Shown piece by piece: positions 1 to 10,065 of a stretch of 64,000 nt of DNA. Made by a program: the position numbers and the translations under genes. Every line of letters begins with the position of its first letter. Within the stretch, counting starts at the first letter, position 1. Source of the DNA: Candidatus Micrarchaeota archaeon (GTDB taxonomy: Archaea > Micrarchaeota > Micrarchaeia > Anstonellales > Bilamarchaeaceae); NCBI GenBank assembly GCA_964490215.1, contig CAZBAM010000002.1:12403-76402 (forward strand), written 5' to 3'. The notes under the pieces were generated by a model. The model made no database searches. It saw only the letters and a list, made by a program, of their open reading frames with translations, and was not told the origin of the DNA.

Positions 1-1641
1 TTCCTTCTCCCAGGCATAGGCGAATTTATCAAAACCGTTCGCCGCGTCCTCGCTCATGCAGAAACTGAAGACCTTTGTCTGGGGCGTCAGGTTGAGCAGG
101 TTGGAATACCCGGCCATCTGCTCGTACGACAGCCACATGGCGCCCGGGGGCCATTGGGAGGTCTCAACAGCTACCTTCGGGGAGACTGAAGAGGCGAAAA
201 CCGCAAGGAACAGCACCACCGCGGCAATCCACGCGTACCTCTGGAACCTGCCTTTCACGAGTTCAAGCAGCCATACCGCCCCGCTTCCGGCAAGAAGCGC
301 CACAGGTATCGCCAGGAAAACCCAGAATCGGTGGGGCACGAGCTTCAACGGGAGCACGTTCCCCTCGACGCCTATGAAGCAGTAAGCGAGCCAGAGGAGC
401 AGGACCAGTGAAACGAGGTCCGCCCTGTCCTTTTTCAACGCGGCTACGGCCGCTATTATCCCGCCCAGCACGAGGAGGCATGCCGCGATGCCGATGCCGA
501 CCGGCTGGTCCATCTTGGACGATTCCGGCGCGTTCAGGAAATCCTCGGCGCCGTAGATGAGGCCCCCTCCTGTATCCCCGTACCTGTCAGCGATTATCTT
601 CACGCTCAGGCTGAGCTTGTCCAGTACCTGGTCGGCAGTGTACATGGTGAACATCGGAATCCAGAACTCCAGGAGTGCGAGCACGAACGCGGCTGCGATT
701 ATTATAAGCGGCCACCTGAACGAGTCAATATCCACCTTCCCGGCGGCCATGAAGCCGCTTATCGCCATCGCGGCCAGATAGACGCCAAGCAGCCCAAGGA
801 ACATCGCTGCGGCCGAAGGCTGGCTTATCATAACCGCGGCGCATGCAAGCACCGTGAATATGCCGAACGATTTCCTCGTCTCATGCGAGGTTCTGAACCT
901 CTCAAGGAAATAGAGCGCCGGGAAAACGAGCGTCACTGCGAGGCTCTGGGACCATATGAAATGGCTCATGAAGCAGGGCAGCGCGGCCAGGATGAAGGTG
1001 GCCCAGAGGGCCTTGCGCTCTCCGATGAGCGTCCTCGCCCAGCAGAAGAAGAACGGTATGGCGAGGCTTATTACGAGGGCGTTGAAGAATTTCAGCACCA
1101 TCTGGAGCGAACCGCCGGAAACCTGGAACAGCACGCCGAGCAGGACGTCAAAGAACGGGGGGTAGGGGGCCAGGTAGTGTATCGGCAGGTGGGCGGGCTG
1201 GATGTACGTGCTGAATGCCGAAGCGTACTGAACTGCTGTGGCGTGCCCCCAGGGGTCGTCGTCCTCAAGCCAGGGATAACCGGTTGCCCCGATGAAATAG
1301 ACGCACAGGTGCACGACGAATAGCAGGGATATCATCACCCACGTCCTGGACACGCCTGATGCGCCGGATACGCCTGACAGCGCAGGCATCCTCAGCGAAA
1401 AATCCCATTTCCTGAAGGCCAATGCGAGAAGCACTACGGTGAGGACCAGGTAGGTGAGCCAGTTTGAGAGGTGGAGGAAGCCCAATAGCGTCGTGGCCTG
1501 CACGAAAACCACCATGCCGCCCGCTATGTAAAGGAACAGGCGCGCAACCCCGTCCTCTTCGCTGATTCCGAGCAGTTTCCATGCGGCAAGGCCCAAACCC
1601 ATGCTTATGAAAAGGAAATACAGGACGGCGATGACTAACAT
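1..1641 (-). CDS. Partial (5'-complete, continues past window start) large polytopic membrane protein; GT-C glycosyltransferase-like (possible AglB/STT3- or PMT-like; has an EDDDPWGH motif in the first extracytoplasmic loop)
   Basis: Minus-strand frame from ATG at 1641 translates without stops to position 1 (MLVIAVLYFLFISMGLGLAAWKLLGISEEDGVARLFLY...YPWLEDDDPWGHATAVQY...). Multiple hydrophobic segments. Not in the ORF track because it is edge-truncated. Confidence 0.35.
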   Translation of the reverse strand, partial: MLVIAVLYFLFISMGLGLAAWKLLGISEEDGVARLFLYIAGGMVVFVQATTLLGFLHLSNWLTYLVLTVVLLALAFRKWDFSLRMPALSGVSGASGVSRTWVMISLLFVVHLCVYFIGATGYPWLEDDDPWGHATAVQYASAFSTYIQPAHLPIHYLAPYPPFFDVLLGVLFQVSGGSLQMVLKFFNALVISLAIPFFFCWARTLIGERKALWATFILAALPCFMSHFIWSQSLAVTLVFPALYFLERFRTSHETRKSFGIFTVLACAAVMISQPSAAAMFLGLLGVYLAAMAISGFMAAGKVDIDSFRWPLIIIAAAFVLALLEFWIPMFTMYTADQVLDKLSLSVKIIADRYGDTGGGLIYGAEDFLNAPESSKMDQPVGIGIAACLLVLGGIIAAVAALKKDRADLVSLVLLLWLAYCFIGVEGNVLPLKLVPHRFWVFLAIPVALLAGSGAVWLLELVKGRFQRYAWIAAVVLFLAVFASSVSPKVAVETSQWPPGAMWLSYEQMAGYSNLLNLTPQTKVFSFCMSEDAANGFDKFAYAWEKE

Positions 1642-1722
1642 GAAATCGTTTCCGCTCCATTATTTTTAAATCGTTCCGTCGATGTCATAGGTGGTGCTTT
1701 CTTGGACAAAAGAATCCAGCTC

Positions 1723-2703
1723 ATGGTGAATCTCCTTGTATCAGTGATGTCCCTGGCGCTCATCGCCTACCTCGTGGGCGTGGACAAAATCCTGGCCGTG
1801 CTCCTGAAAGCCAGGCCTGAGCTGCTGGCCGCTGCGCTCCTTGCCTATGCTTTTCTGAACGTCGTCATGTCCTACCGTATCAAGGTCGTGCTTGAAGGCA
1901 TCGGAGAACGGATTAGTGTGTGGCAGGCCGTCCCATCCAACCTGGCAGGCATGCTCGCATCGGATTTCACTCCGGCAAGGGCAGGATATTTCTTCACCGC
2001 CTTCTCCATATCCTCGCGCAATGGCATCGCCCTTGAAAAAACCATCCTGTCCATCTTCGGCCCGCAGATGTTTGATTTTCTCATCAAGGTCACCTGCGCA
2101 GGCGTCCTGCTGCTCATGCTGCTCTCCATGGTGGAAGTGGGCGACATGACACTCAACGCCGCGTTCCTCCTGGCCTTCCTGGCCACGATTCTTTTCGTGA
2201 GCGTCCTGGTGTTCCATCCCCCTCTTCTCGCACGGCTCGCCTCCCTGGAATCCATCCCGTTCGTGCCGTTCGCGTTCGCTTTCCTGCGCAGGATGCACAT
2301 CCATTCGGACAAGGTGCTGGCGCTGAAGGAGAAAATAATACTCATCACGTTCTCATCCTGGTTCATCAAGGGCGTGGAATGGTTCTTCCTCTCCCGTGCC
2401 ATAGGCATATCGCTGTCCGGGAATCCCGTCCAGGACCTGCTGTTCATCATGGTATTCCAGGGGGCGATAACGATAATCCAGTTCCTTCCCATCCCGACCC
2501 TCGCCGGTGCCGGTGCGAGCGAAGCCGGGTTCGCAGCCATACTCATCTTTTTCGGAATCCCCTTTGAAGTCGGAGTGACCTTTGGCTTCCTGACGCGTCT
2601 CACCATGATCACGGTGGACATATTCTCGCTGCCCGTGATCCTCGCCTATCTGCGCAGCCACAGCCTGGAGGGGATGCTGAAGGGGATAACAGGCGCGCAT
2701 TGA
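1723..2703 (+). CDS. Flippase-like membrane protein of the lysyl-phosphatidylglycerol-synthase TM-region/UPF0104 family (often partnered with glycosyltransferases)
   Basis: ORF 1702..2703 begins at TTG; first ATG at 1723 (MVNLLVSVMSLALIAYLVG...). Polytopic hydrophobic protein with the family's typical conserved R/K and GxxG features. Confidence 0.5.
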   Translation: MVNLLVSVMSLALIAYLVGVDKILAVLLKARPELLAAALLAYAFLNVVMSYRIKVVLEGIGERISVWQAVPSNLAGMLASDFTPARAGYFFTAFSISSRNGIALEKTILSIFGPQMFDFLIKVTCAGVLLLMLLSMVEVGDMTLNAAFLLAFLATILFVSVLVFHPPLLARLASLESIPFVPFAFAFLRRMHIHSDKVLALKEKIILITFSSWFIKGVEWFFLSRAIGISLSGNPVQDLLFIMVFQGAITIIQFLPIPTLAGAGASEAGFAAILIFFGIPFEVGVTFGFLTRLTMITVDIFSLPVILAYLRSHSLEGMLKGITGAH

Positions 2704-2722
2704 CGCCCCCTGAGGCGAGGCA

Positions 2723-2731
2723 TTTAAAATT
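2723..2731 (+). promoter_or_regulatory. TATA-box-like element upstream of the GT-C-like membrane protein gene
   Basis: tttaaaat about 25 nt upstream of ATG 2755 (leaderless-type spacing). Confidence 0.35.
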
Positions 2732-2754
2732 TGTCCCCAAAAATCAGGAATACA

Positions 2755-4596
2755 ATGACGCTGCCAAGGGAAAGCCTGCTCATTCTGTGCGAAATCGTCC
2801 TGATCTCGCTTACAGCCTCCTATTTCTACCAGAACGAGACCCTGTCGATGGGCGTGCTGTTCGCAGCTTACTTTTTCACGCTCTCGGCTTTGTATGTCGC
2901 GTCAAAGGCCGCATTCAGTCCAGGTGCAGGGAAGAAACCCCTGAACGACTGGGTGCTTTTTCTCATCGCCCCGGTCCTGCTCGTCACCATGCCGTCCCTG
3001 GGCCTGTTCTACGGCCTTGCCCGGTACATCCCCCTCGTATCGTTATTCCTGTTCGTTCAAATCTACGTGGGGATAAAGCTGGTGGAAGCCGCGGCCAGCC
3101 CCACAGGCAGCACCACGGTCAGGAAAACCGGCGTCGTGATTTCGGACCGTGCGCTCTGCATGTTCCTCTTCCTCGTCCTGCTTGCTGCAACCCTGTCGCG
3201 CTTCGTCTTCATTGACGCGGATTTCCTCAATTACGCCAGCATCAGGCAATACCAGACGATCCTCATCGCGAAAAACTTTTACCTGGACAAGATAGACCTC
3301 ATAAGCCCGCTGACCGATTACGCGAAGGAGTCAAACCGGGTTTTCACCCTCAATGGCCTGGAATTCCAGTTCCTCCCCCTAGCCAGCCAGCCCCTGCTGC
3401 ACCTTTTCGGCATGACGAACGCGTCGTTGAGGCTCGCCCCAGTCGTATTCTCGCTGCTTTCCCTCTCGCTCTTCTACGTCCTCCAACGGAAGCGTTTTGA
3501 AGGCCGGAATATGGCGGTCATCGCGACAATCCTGTTCTCCCTGTTCCCCCTGAATCTTTTCATCGGGCGGGCTTACCTGCCGGAAGGGCTGTCGGTCCTG
3601 TCCGTGCTCCTCTTCCTCTACTTTTACGGCAGGTTCAGGGAGTCATGCACGCTCTCGTCGGGCGCCCTCCTTTTCCTTTCCGAAACGCTGCTCTTCCTTT
3701 CCAAGCCGCCCCTGGTCACGCTCGTCGTTCCATTCGTACTCTATGAGCTTTTCATCGTCAGGAAAGCCGGGCTCCGTTTCCTGGCCATCTTCGTGGCTGC
3801 GGCTTTGGTGGACGGGGTGTATTACCTCCTGCAGATAGCCGCCTACAGCTACAACAACGGCAGTTCTGTCATCGGGGATTACATGCACCTCTCCAACCTG
3901 CTCGGCGCCGACTACTACCTTTATCTTTTCTACGCCGTGGCCATCCTCGTATCCTCGGCGTTCGTCCTCATCTTCTTTTTGAAAGGGCTCCGCCTGTCTT
4001 TTGACGAATGGCGGCGTTCGGGCCCGAAAGACGCAGACCCGTACGTGCTGCTCTTCCTCGGTGTCTGCCTGTACGCGCTCGTGTTCAGCGCAGGGACCTG
4101 GGGCAACACATATTACCTGGTCCTGTGGTCCGTGCCGCTTGCGGCCATTTCCGCCCGGGGTATGGAAGGCATCCGCCGTAACGACGTCCTCCTGGCGGTA
4201 GTCGTGCTTTTTATCGCGTTCGTCCTCCCGGCCAACGTCCGCCTGCTCAGCCCTGCAGGCACAGCGCCCGCAATCCTTTCCATTTCAGGGGCAGTGTCCT
4301 CGCTTGCGGCCAACGACAGTTATTTCCTCTACGGGGACTGCTACCCGGACAAGAATAACATGTGGCCCGAAACGGTGTACCTCTCGGGCAGGAAAGCGCT
4401 GTACGTGGGGCTGGAGAACACCTCCCTCGCTTCGGTGGAATGCCTGCTCAGGGAGAACGGCCTGCACGTTTACGAAGGCCCGCTGAGCGACGGTTATGAC
4501 GGGAACCGGAGCCGCATGGTGCTTGTGGCGACCTACCCCTCGGTCAACTGCAACACCACCTACGTCCTTTTCCTCAACCGCTCCACGGGCGGCTGA
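2755..4596 (+). CDS. Large polytopic membrane protein, GT-C-type glycosyltransferase-like (ArnT/PMT-like architecture), with a C-terminal extracytoplasmic domain containing NxS/T sequons
   Basis: ORF 2731..4596 begins at TTG; ATG at 2755 (MTLPRESLLILCEIVLISL...). TATA-like tttaaaat about 25 nt upstream. At least 12 predicted TM segments followed by a soluble C-terminus. Confidence 0.4.
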   Translation: MTLPRESLLILCEIVLISLTASYFYQNETLSMGVLFAAYFFTLSALYVASKAAFSPGAGKKPLNDWVLFLIAPVLLVTMPSLGLFYGLARYIPLVSLFLFVQIYVGIKLVEAAASPTGSTTVRKTGVVISDRALCMFLFLVLLAATLSRFVFIDADFLNYASIRQYQTILIAKNFYLDKIDLISPLTDYAKESNRVFTLNGLEFQFLPLASQPLLHLFGMTNASLRLAPVVFSLLSLSLFYVLQRKRFEGRNMAVIATILFSLFPLNLFIGRAYLPEGLSVLSVLLFLYFYGRFRESCTLSSGALLFLSETLLFLSKPPLVTLVVPFVLYELFIVRKAGLRFLAIFVAAALVDGVYYLLQIAAYSYNNGSSVIGDYMHLSNLLGADYYLYLFYAVAILVSSAFVLIFFLKGLRLSFDEWRRSGPKDADPYVLLFLGVCLYALVFSAGTWGNTYYLVLWSVPLAAISARGMEGIRRNDVLLAVVVLFIAFVLPANVRLLSPAGTAPAILSISGAVSSLAANDSYFLYGDCYPDKNNMWPETVYLSGRKALYVGLENTSLASVECLLRENGLHVYEGPLSDGYDGNRSRMVLVATYPSVNCNTTYVLFLNRSTGG

Positions 4597-4645
4597 CCCC
4601 GCCGTCCAGCACGATTTAAATATCCCCAGCAGCAAACCCCATATC

Positions 4646-5362
4646 ATGCCCCAGGTCAGCATTATACTGCCCACCCGGAACGAGGCGGAATGCATCACGA
4701 CCACCCTGACTTCCATAACGAGCCAGCTCGGGGCTGATGGCCTGGATTATGAAGTCATCGTAATGGACGACGAAAGCAAGGACGGCACCCAGGCGCTTGT
4801 AGAATCATTCTCAAAGAAAAACCCGGTCATCCGGCTCGTCCGGAGGAAGCCGCCATACGGCTTCGGGTATTCCATCCGGGAGGGCGTCGCACTGTCCCGC
4901 GGGAAATTGATAGTCGTGATGATGGCAGACCTTTCGGACGACCCTGCATTCGTCAAGGACATGTGGGCTAGGTTCAACGACGGCTACGACGTCGTGGTCG
5001 GCTCGCGGTTCATCAACGGCGCGAAAATATCCAATTACCCCCGCCTGAAATACCTCTCCAACCGGCTGTTCAACCTCTTCATCATGGCGTTCTTCCTCAC
5101 CAGCGTGAGGGACACCTCCAACAACTTCAAGGCGTTCGCAGCCTCCAAAATCCGGAAGATGTCATTCGAGTCCACGGGTTTTGAAATAGGCGCCGAGATG
5201 ATGCTCAGGATGCTCCTGGGCGGCGCCCGTGTCGTTGAGATTCCGGTGAGCTGCTCAGGCCGCACGAAGGGCACAGCGAAATTCAGGCTTTCCAATACCG
5301 CTTTAAAATATTTCCTCCTTTTCCTTAGGATGCTGAAGAGGCGCTTTTTGGTGGAAAAATGA
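4646..5362 (+). CDS. GT2 family glycosyltransferase, dolichyl-phosphate sugar synthase (Dpm1/AglJ-like)
   Basis: MPQVSIILPTRNEAECI...VIVMDDESKDGT...; classic GT-A DxD. Internal ATG at 4646 within ORF 4496..5362. Stop overlaps the next start. Confidence 0.65.
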   Translation: MPQVSIILPTRNEAECITTTLTSITSQLGADGLDYEVIVMDDESKDGTQALVESFSKKNPVIRLVRRKPPYGFGYSIREGVALSRGKLIVVMMADLSDDPAFVKDMWARFNDGYDVVVGSRFINGAKISNYPRLKYLSNRLFNLFIMAFFLTSVRDTSNNFKAFAASKIRKMSFESTGFEIGAEMMLRMLLGGARVVEIPVSCSGRTKGTAKFRLSNTALKYFLLFLRMLKRRFLVEK

Positions 5363-6573
5363 AGGTGTGTGTAGTAGGTATCGGACGCGTAGGCCTTCCG
5401 CTGGCCCTTTACCTCGCTTCAAAAGGCCTGGAATCCCGCGGCTTGGACATAGACGCGAAAAAGGTGGAGCTGCTGAAGAGCGGCAGGATGCCGTTCCCTG
5501 AGGACGGGGCAGCGCCCCTGCTGGCGAAGACGCTTGGCAAGTCCTTCTTCCCGACGACCGAATTCTCTGCGGTTTCCGGTGTTGACACCATCATCATGAC
5601 GCTCGGGACGCCGGTGGACGAGTTCCTCAACCCGGATTTCTCACAGATACATTCTTCCCTTGAAGCCCTCCTGCCCCACCTGCGCGAGGGCCAGCTGCTC
5701 ATCCTGCGGAGCACGGTCTCGCCGGGCTCCACCGAGCACATAAAAAATTACATTGAATCCAAAAGCTCCTACCGTATCGGCAGGAACTTTTACCTGGCCT
5801 TCTGCCCGGAGCGCATCGCGCAGGGCAAGGCCCTCAAGGAACTCGGCGAGCTCCCTGAAATAGTCGGGGGCATAGACGAGGCGAGCACGCGCAAGGCCAC
5901 GGCTTTCTTCAAGACCTTCAAGGACGAGGTGTATCCCACCACGGCAATCAATGCCGAGCTCACCAAGCTGTTCACGAACATGTACCGCTACATAAATTTC
6001 TCAATTGCGAACGAGTTCATGATAATCTCCGAGGAATGGGGGGCCAACATTTACGAGATAACCGACCTTGCCAACCGGAAATACCCGCGCGGCGGGCCGA
6101 GGCCGCCCGGGTTCGCCGCAGGCCCCTGCCTTTTCAAGGACGGCTTCTTCCTGCTGGAGAGCATGCCATTCCCTGACCTGATAACCGCCGCATGGAAGAT
6201 AAACGAGACCATCCCTGGCTACCTGGTCCAGAAGGCGAAGAAGCTGAAGGCCATAAAGGGCGCCAAATGCGCCATACTCGGGATGGCTTTCAAGGCGAAC
6301 AACGACGACGAGCGGGCGTCGCTCTCCCACAAGGTCAGGAAGCTGTTCCAGAAGGAGATGGCTGACGTGCACACGCACGACGTGTTCAGGGACGGCAAGG
6401 ACTTTGATGCCCAGGTCCGGGGCGCCGACTTCCTCGTCATCGCGACCGTGCACGACGAATACAGGAAGCCCTTTGAATATTACCGGAAGCTCATAAAGAA
6501 GGACGCGGTCGTGATAGATATATGGAACGTCTTCGGGAAAAACCGCGTGATTTTCAGGTGTTCTGATGGCTAA
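5359..6573 (+). CDS. Nucleotide-sugar dehydrogenase (UDP-glucose/UDP-ManNAc 6-dehydrogenase family)
   Basis: N-terminal Rossmann MKVCVVGIGRVGLPLALYLA; central and C-terminal UDPG_MGDP_dh-type domains; catalytic Cys region GPCLFKDG. Confidence 0.7.
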   Translation: MKVCVVGIGRVGLPLALYLASKGLESRGLDIDAKKVELLKSGRMPFPEDGAAPLLAKTLGKSFFPTTEFSAVSGVDTIIMTLGTPVDEFLNPDFSQIHSSLEALLPHLREGQLLILRSTVSPGSTEHIKNYIESKSSYRIGRNFYLAFCPERIAQGKALKELGELPEIVGGIDEASTRKATAFFKTFKDEVYPTTAINAELTKLFTNMYRYINFSIANEFMIISEEWGANIYEITDLANRKYPRGGPRPPGFAAGPCLFKDGFFLLESMPFPDLITAAWKINETIPGYLVQKAKKLKAIKGAKCAILGMAFKANNDDERASLSHKVRKLFQKEMADVHTHDVFRDGKDFDAQVRGADFLVIATVHDEYRKPFEYYRKLIKKDAVVIDIWNVFGKNRVIFRCSDG

Positions 6574-7534
6574 TGTCCTTGTTACCGGCGGAGCGGGTTT
6601 CATAGGGAGCGCAGTGGTCAACGAGCTGCTCAAGGCAGGCCATGACGTGACGGTCGTGGACAACCTGAGCAAGGGTGCCCAGACGAACCTGGACATGAAG
6701 AAGGTGACGTTCAAGCGCGCAGACCTGTGCGACGCCTCGCAGGTGTCCTCCCTCCTGGCCGACCAGGAATACTGCTTCCATTTCGCCGCACGCATCGGGG
6801 GCATAGGGTATTTCCACAAATACCCCGCTGAAATCCTCAGGGACAACACCCTGATGTACTCCAACCTGCTTGACGAGGCACTGCGGTCCAAGTCCTTCAG
6901 GAAGATGATATACATCTCGTCGTCCATGGTTTTTGAGAGGACGGACCATTTCCCCTCAAACGAAGAGGACGTGTGGAGCTCGCCGCCGCCGATAAGCCAT
7001 TACGGGTTCTCAAAGCTCGTCGGCGAGTACTATTCGGCAGCCTACCACGACCAATACGGCCTTTCATACTCAGTGTTCCGCCCGTTCAACGCCTACGGGC
7101 CAGGCGAATCACCTGACAACGAGCCGGGCATAGCCCACGTGATACCAGACCTGATAAAGAAGATTTATTTTGACAAGCAGTATCCCGTGGAGATATTCGG
7201 GGACGGGAACCAGGTGCGCTCCTACACCTACGTCACGGACCTGGCAGAAGCGGTCGCATCGCTCTCATTTGACAAGCGGACCGACAACGCGGCCTACAAC
7301 GTCGCCAACCCCCAGCCCGTTACCGTCCTGGAACTGCTCGACAAGATATGGAAGCTCTGCGGCCCGGCAGGCAAGCCGCTCAAGATCGCGCACCTCAAGC
7401 CGTTCAAGGACGACGTGAGGAGGCGGATACCGAGCGCGGACAAGGTCTTCTCGCTCGGCTGGAGGCCGAAGGTAAACCTGGACGAGGGCCTGAAAAGAAC
7501 CTTTGAATGGATAAAAGCCAAACAGTCTTCCTGA
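6566..7534 (+). CDS. NAD-dependent nucleotide-sugar epimerase/dehydratase (extended SDR)
   Basis: VTGGAGFIGS Rossmann motif, YxxxK (YGFSKLVGE). Start overlaps the upstream dehydrogenase stop. Confidence 0.65.
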   Translation: MANVLVTGGAGFIGSAVVNELLKAGHDVTVVDNLSKGAQTNLDMKKVTFKRADLCDASQVSSLLADQEYCFHFAARIGGIGYFHKYPAEILRDNTLMYSNLLDEALRSKSFRKMIYISSSMVFERTDHFPSNEEDVWSSPPPISHYGFSKLVGEYYSAAYHDQYGLSYSVFRPFNAYGPGESPDNEPGIAHVIPDLIKKIYFDKQYPVEIFGDGNQVRSYTYVTDLAEAVASLSFDKRTDNAAYNVANPQPVTVLELLDKIWKLCGPAGKPLKIAHLKPFKDDVRRRIPSADKVFSLGWRPKVNLDEGLKRTFEWIKAKQSS

Positions 7535-7542
7535 GCCGCATC

Positions 7543-9051
7543 TCACTGCGGGCCGCCCTGGCCAGCCTCCCTGCCTGGCGACGGCGGCATCGGTGCCTGT
7601 TGCGAAGCTCCCGTGGGCTCCTTCTGCCTCATTGCCCGCAGGATTTTGCATATGCCCCTGGTGACCGCGGCATTAACCATCTTGGTCGGACCGAGCGTCT
7701 TGCCTATGGTGATGAGCTTGCCCAGCTGGGACTCGCGCGTGCGCCTGTTGCCGTCCTCCTTCAGCCGCCTGAGTTCCTCGTCGCTCATATCCGTGAAGTT
7801 GATGAGAAGGTTCTGGCTCATCTCGCCCAGGCTCTCAAAATACGCGTCCTCGTCCGGTATCTTCCCTGCGGCCCTGGCCTGCTCGTAGAGCGGCGTGCCT
7901 GGATAGGCCGTGGTGAAGAAGAACTCTGTTGCGATGCCCAGTTCCTCGCAGAAGCGGACCGTCTCCTCAATGCTCTGGGGGGTCTCACCCGGGTATCCTA
8001 TCATGAACGATGGGTTTGCGAATATGCCCGCCCTCCTGGCGGCTATCATAGCCTTGTGGGCCATTTCCTTGGTCGCCATCTTATTCATGCTCTTGAGCAC
8101 GTCGTTGTTGGCTGACTCTATGCCATATGTCAGCTGGGCCACGCCGGCCTTCGCCAGCAGCTTCAGCAACGGCTCGTCCACGGTATTGACCCTGGCGGAT
8201 ATGTGAAAGTTCACGCCCAGATTTTCCTTTATCAGCCGGTTGCAGAACTCCTCCACCCTCGTCCTGTTCACCGTGAACAAGTCGTCCGAGAATGAGATAT
8301 GCTGCACCCGGTAGCGCTTCTTGAGCTCTTTTATCTCCTTCACTATGTTGTCCACCGAGCGCCAGCGGACGTTCCTGCCGAAGACCTTGAAGCAGTAGCG
8401 GCACTGGAACGGGCAGCCGCGGACCGTGGACACGTTTATGCCCCGCAGAGGCTTGAGAAAGTCAAGGAACATGGCGTGCTGGAGCGGGTAGTTCTCCACG
8501 TACTTCTCGGTAGGGAAAAGATCCCAGGCCGGGAACGGGATACTATCCAGATTCTGGATGAACGCCCGCGGCTTGTTTATGGCGACGCCGCCGTCCTTGG
8601 TCCTGAACGCGATGCCGTCTATTTTCGCGAGCGCCTCCTCGTCCCAGCCCTTCGCCAGCGCGTTGAAAAGCTCCACTGCAGTGGCTTCGCCTTCGTCTAT
8701 GACCGCTACGTCCGCGCCAACGTGGGTGACGGTCATTTTCGGTATCGCGGTCGCCAGGGAGTTTCCCACGACTATGGGCACGCCCGGCTTCTTCGCCCTG
8801 ATGAGCGGGATCAGCGTCCTCTTGAGGTACTTGTATCTCGTGATGAGGGCGCTTATGCCGACCGCGTCGTATTCCATGGTGCCAAGGAGGCGCGCCACTT
8901 CCTCAGGCGGATGACGGTTGCCCTCTATGTCGATTACCTTTATCTCGTGGCCGTCGTTCCTGAGCACTGCCGCGATGTAAGCCAGCCCGAGGGGAAAATA
9001 CGTCGGCAATTCCGATGTACGGTACTGCGGCTGTATGAGAAGAATTTTCAT
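7543..9051 (-). CDS. B12-binding-domain radical SAM enzyme (class B radical SAM; candidate sugar C-methyltransferase or epimerase)
   Basis: N-terminal cobalamin-binding-like domain (KILLIQPQY...GLAYIAAVL...); CxxxCxxC radical SAM motif (VRGCPFQCRYC). ORF starts at TTG 9057; first ATG at 9051. Confidence 0.65.
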   Translation of the reverse strand: MKILLIQPQYRTSELPTYFPLGLAYIAAVLRNDGHEIKVIDIEGNRHPPEEVARLLGTMEYDAVGISALITRYKYLKRTLIPLIRAKKPGVPIVVGNSLATAIPKMTVTHVGADVAVIDEGEATAVELFNALAKGWDEEALAKIDGIAFRTKDGGVAINKPRAFIQNLDSIPFPAWDLFPTEKYVENYPLQHAMFLDFLKPLRGINVSTVRGCPFQCRYCFKVFGRNVRWRSVDNIVKEIKELKKRYRVQHISFSDDLFTVNRTRVEEFCNRLIKENLGVNFHISARVNTVDEPLLKLLAKAGVAQLTYGIESANNDVLKSMNKMATKEMAHKAMIAARRAGIFANPSFMIGYPGETPQSIEETVRFCEELGIATEFFFTTAYPGTPLYEQARAAGKIPDEDAYFESLGEMSQNLLINFTDMSDEELRRLKEDGNRRTRESQLGKLITIGKTLGPTKMVNAAVTRGICKILRAMRQKEPTGASQQAPMPPSPGREAGQGGPQ

Positions 9052-9153
9052 CCGCAATCACTCAATGTTGCAACGTGCTTTATTACGCCTGAGCTTCCCC
9101 GATTTATATATCGTCTTAACGCTATTTAATTCTTGCGCACCATCTCTTCTCTG

Positions 9154-10065
9154 ATGAGAGCAGTGGTCACAGGCGGAGCCGGTTTCATAGGCTCGCACCT
9201 GGTGGATAAGCTCGTTTCCGAAGGCGCCGGCGTGACGGTAATCGATGACCTGTCCTGCGGGAAGATGGAGAACGTCAGCCCGAAGGCGAAGTTCGCGCGC
9301 AAGGACGTCAGGCACGACATTTCAGATGAATTGCGCGGCATTGACACCGTGTTCCATTTCGCCGCAGACCCGGACGTCCGCTCCAGCGCCGCACTGCCGG
9401 CCAGGACGTTCAGCCAGAACGTCGCAGGCACCTTCGCCGTGCTGGAGTCGTGCAGGAAGGCTGACGTCAGGCGCGTCGTTTTCGCTTCCACCTCCACTGT
9501 GTATGGCGAGGCCGGCGTCATCCCCACCCCTGAGACGTGCCCCTGCCTGCCCATAAGCAACTACGGCGCGTCCAAGCTCGCATGCGAGGCGTATCTTTCA
9601 GCGTATTGCGGCTCCTACGGCATGAAGGGGACGTCGCTGCGCTTCGCGAACATATTCGGCGAAAGGAGCACCCACGGAGTCATGCTTGACTTCTACCGCA
9701 AGCTGAAGAAGGACCCGAACAGGCTGGAAATCCTCGGCGACGGGAAGCAGGACAAGTCCTACCTCCACGTTTCCGACTGCGTGTCAGCGACGCTCACCGC
9801 GTGGAAAAGGCAGAAAGCGGATTATGACGTGTTCAACGTGGGCAGCAGGGCCAAGGTGGACGTGGACGAACTCGCAGGGCTGATGTGCCGCCTCATGAAG
9901 GCGAAGCCCAAATTCTCACACACCGGCACGCTGCGCGGCTGGACCGGCGACGTGCGCCTGATGCTCCTCAGCACGGAAAAGATAGGGCGGCTTGGCTGGA
10001 CTGAGCAGGTTTCGTTTGAAAAAGGCGTGAAAAAATACCTGGTGTGGTTGGAGAAGAATGGCTAA
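9154..10065 (+). CDS. NAD-dependent nucleotide-sugar epimerase/dehydratase (GalE-like SDR)
   Basis: MRAVVTGGAGFIGSHLVDKL; YGASKLACE (YxxxK). ATG at 9154 inside ORF 9133..10065 (TTG). Confidence 0.65.
   Translation: MRAVVTGGAGFIGSHLVDKLVSEGAGVTVIDDLSCGKMENVSPKAKFARKDVRHDISDELRGIDTVFHFAADPDVRSSAALPARTFSQNVAGTFAVLESCRKADVRRVVFASTSTVYGEAGVIPTPETCPCLPISNYGASKLACEAYLSAYCGSYGMKGTSLRFANIFGERSTHGVMLDFYRKLKKDPNRLEILGDGKQDKSYLHVSDCVSATLTAWKRQKADYDVFNVGSRAKVDVDELAGLMCRLMKAKPKFSHTGTLRGWTGDVRLMLLSTEKIGRLGWTEQVSFEKGVKKYLVWLEKNG

Noticed and set aside
1741-2621. Long antisense ORFs (1741..2304 and 1872..2621, minus) overlapping the 1723..2703 membrane-protein gene
   Set aside because: Low-complexity, Arg/His/Glu-rich translations typical of spurious reverse-frame ORFs in high-GC coding DNA; the plus-strand frame has coherent TM-helix structure.
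6001-6949. ORFs 6001..6927 and 6554..6949 (minus) antisense to the dehydrogenase/epimerase genes
   Set aside because: No recognisable domains and Arg/Pro-rich composition; the opposite strand encodes clear Rossmann-fold enzymes.
8299-9129. ORF 8299..9129 (+) antisense to the radical SAM gene
   Set aside because: Spurious high-GC antisense frame; the minus strand carries the CxxxCxxC radical SAM motif.
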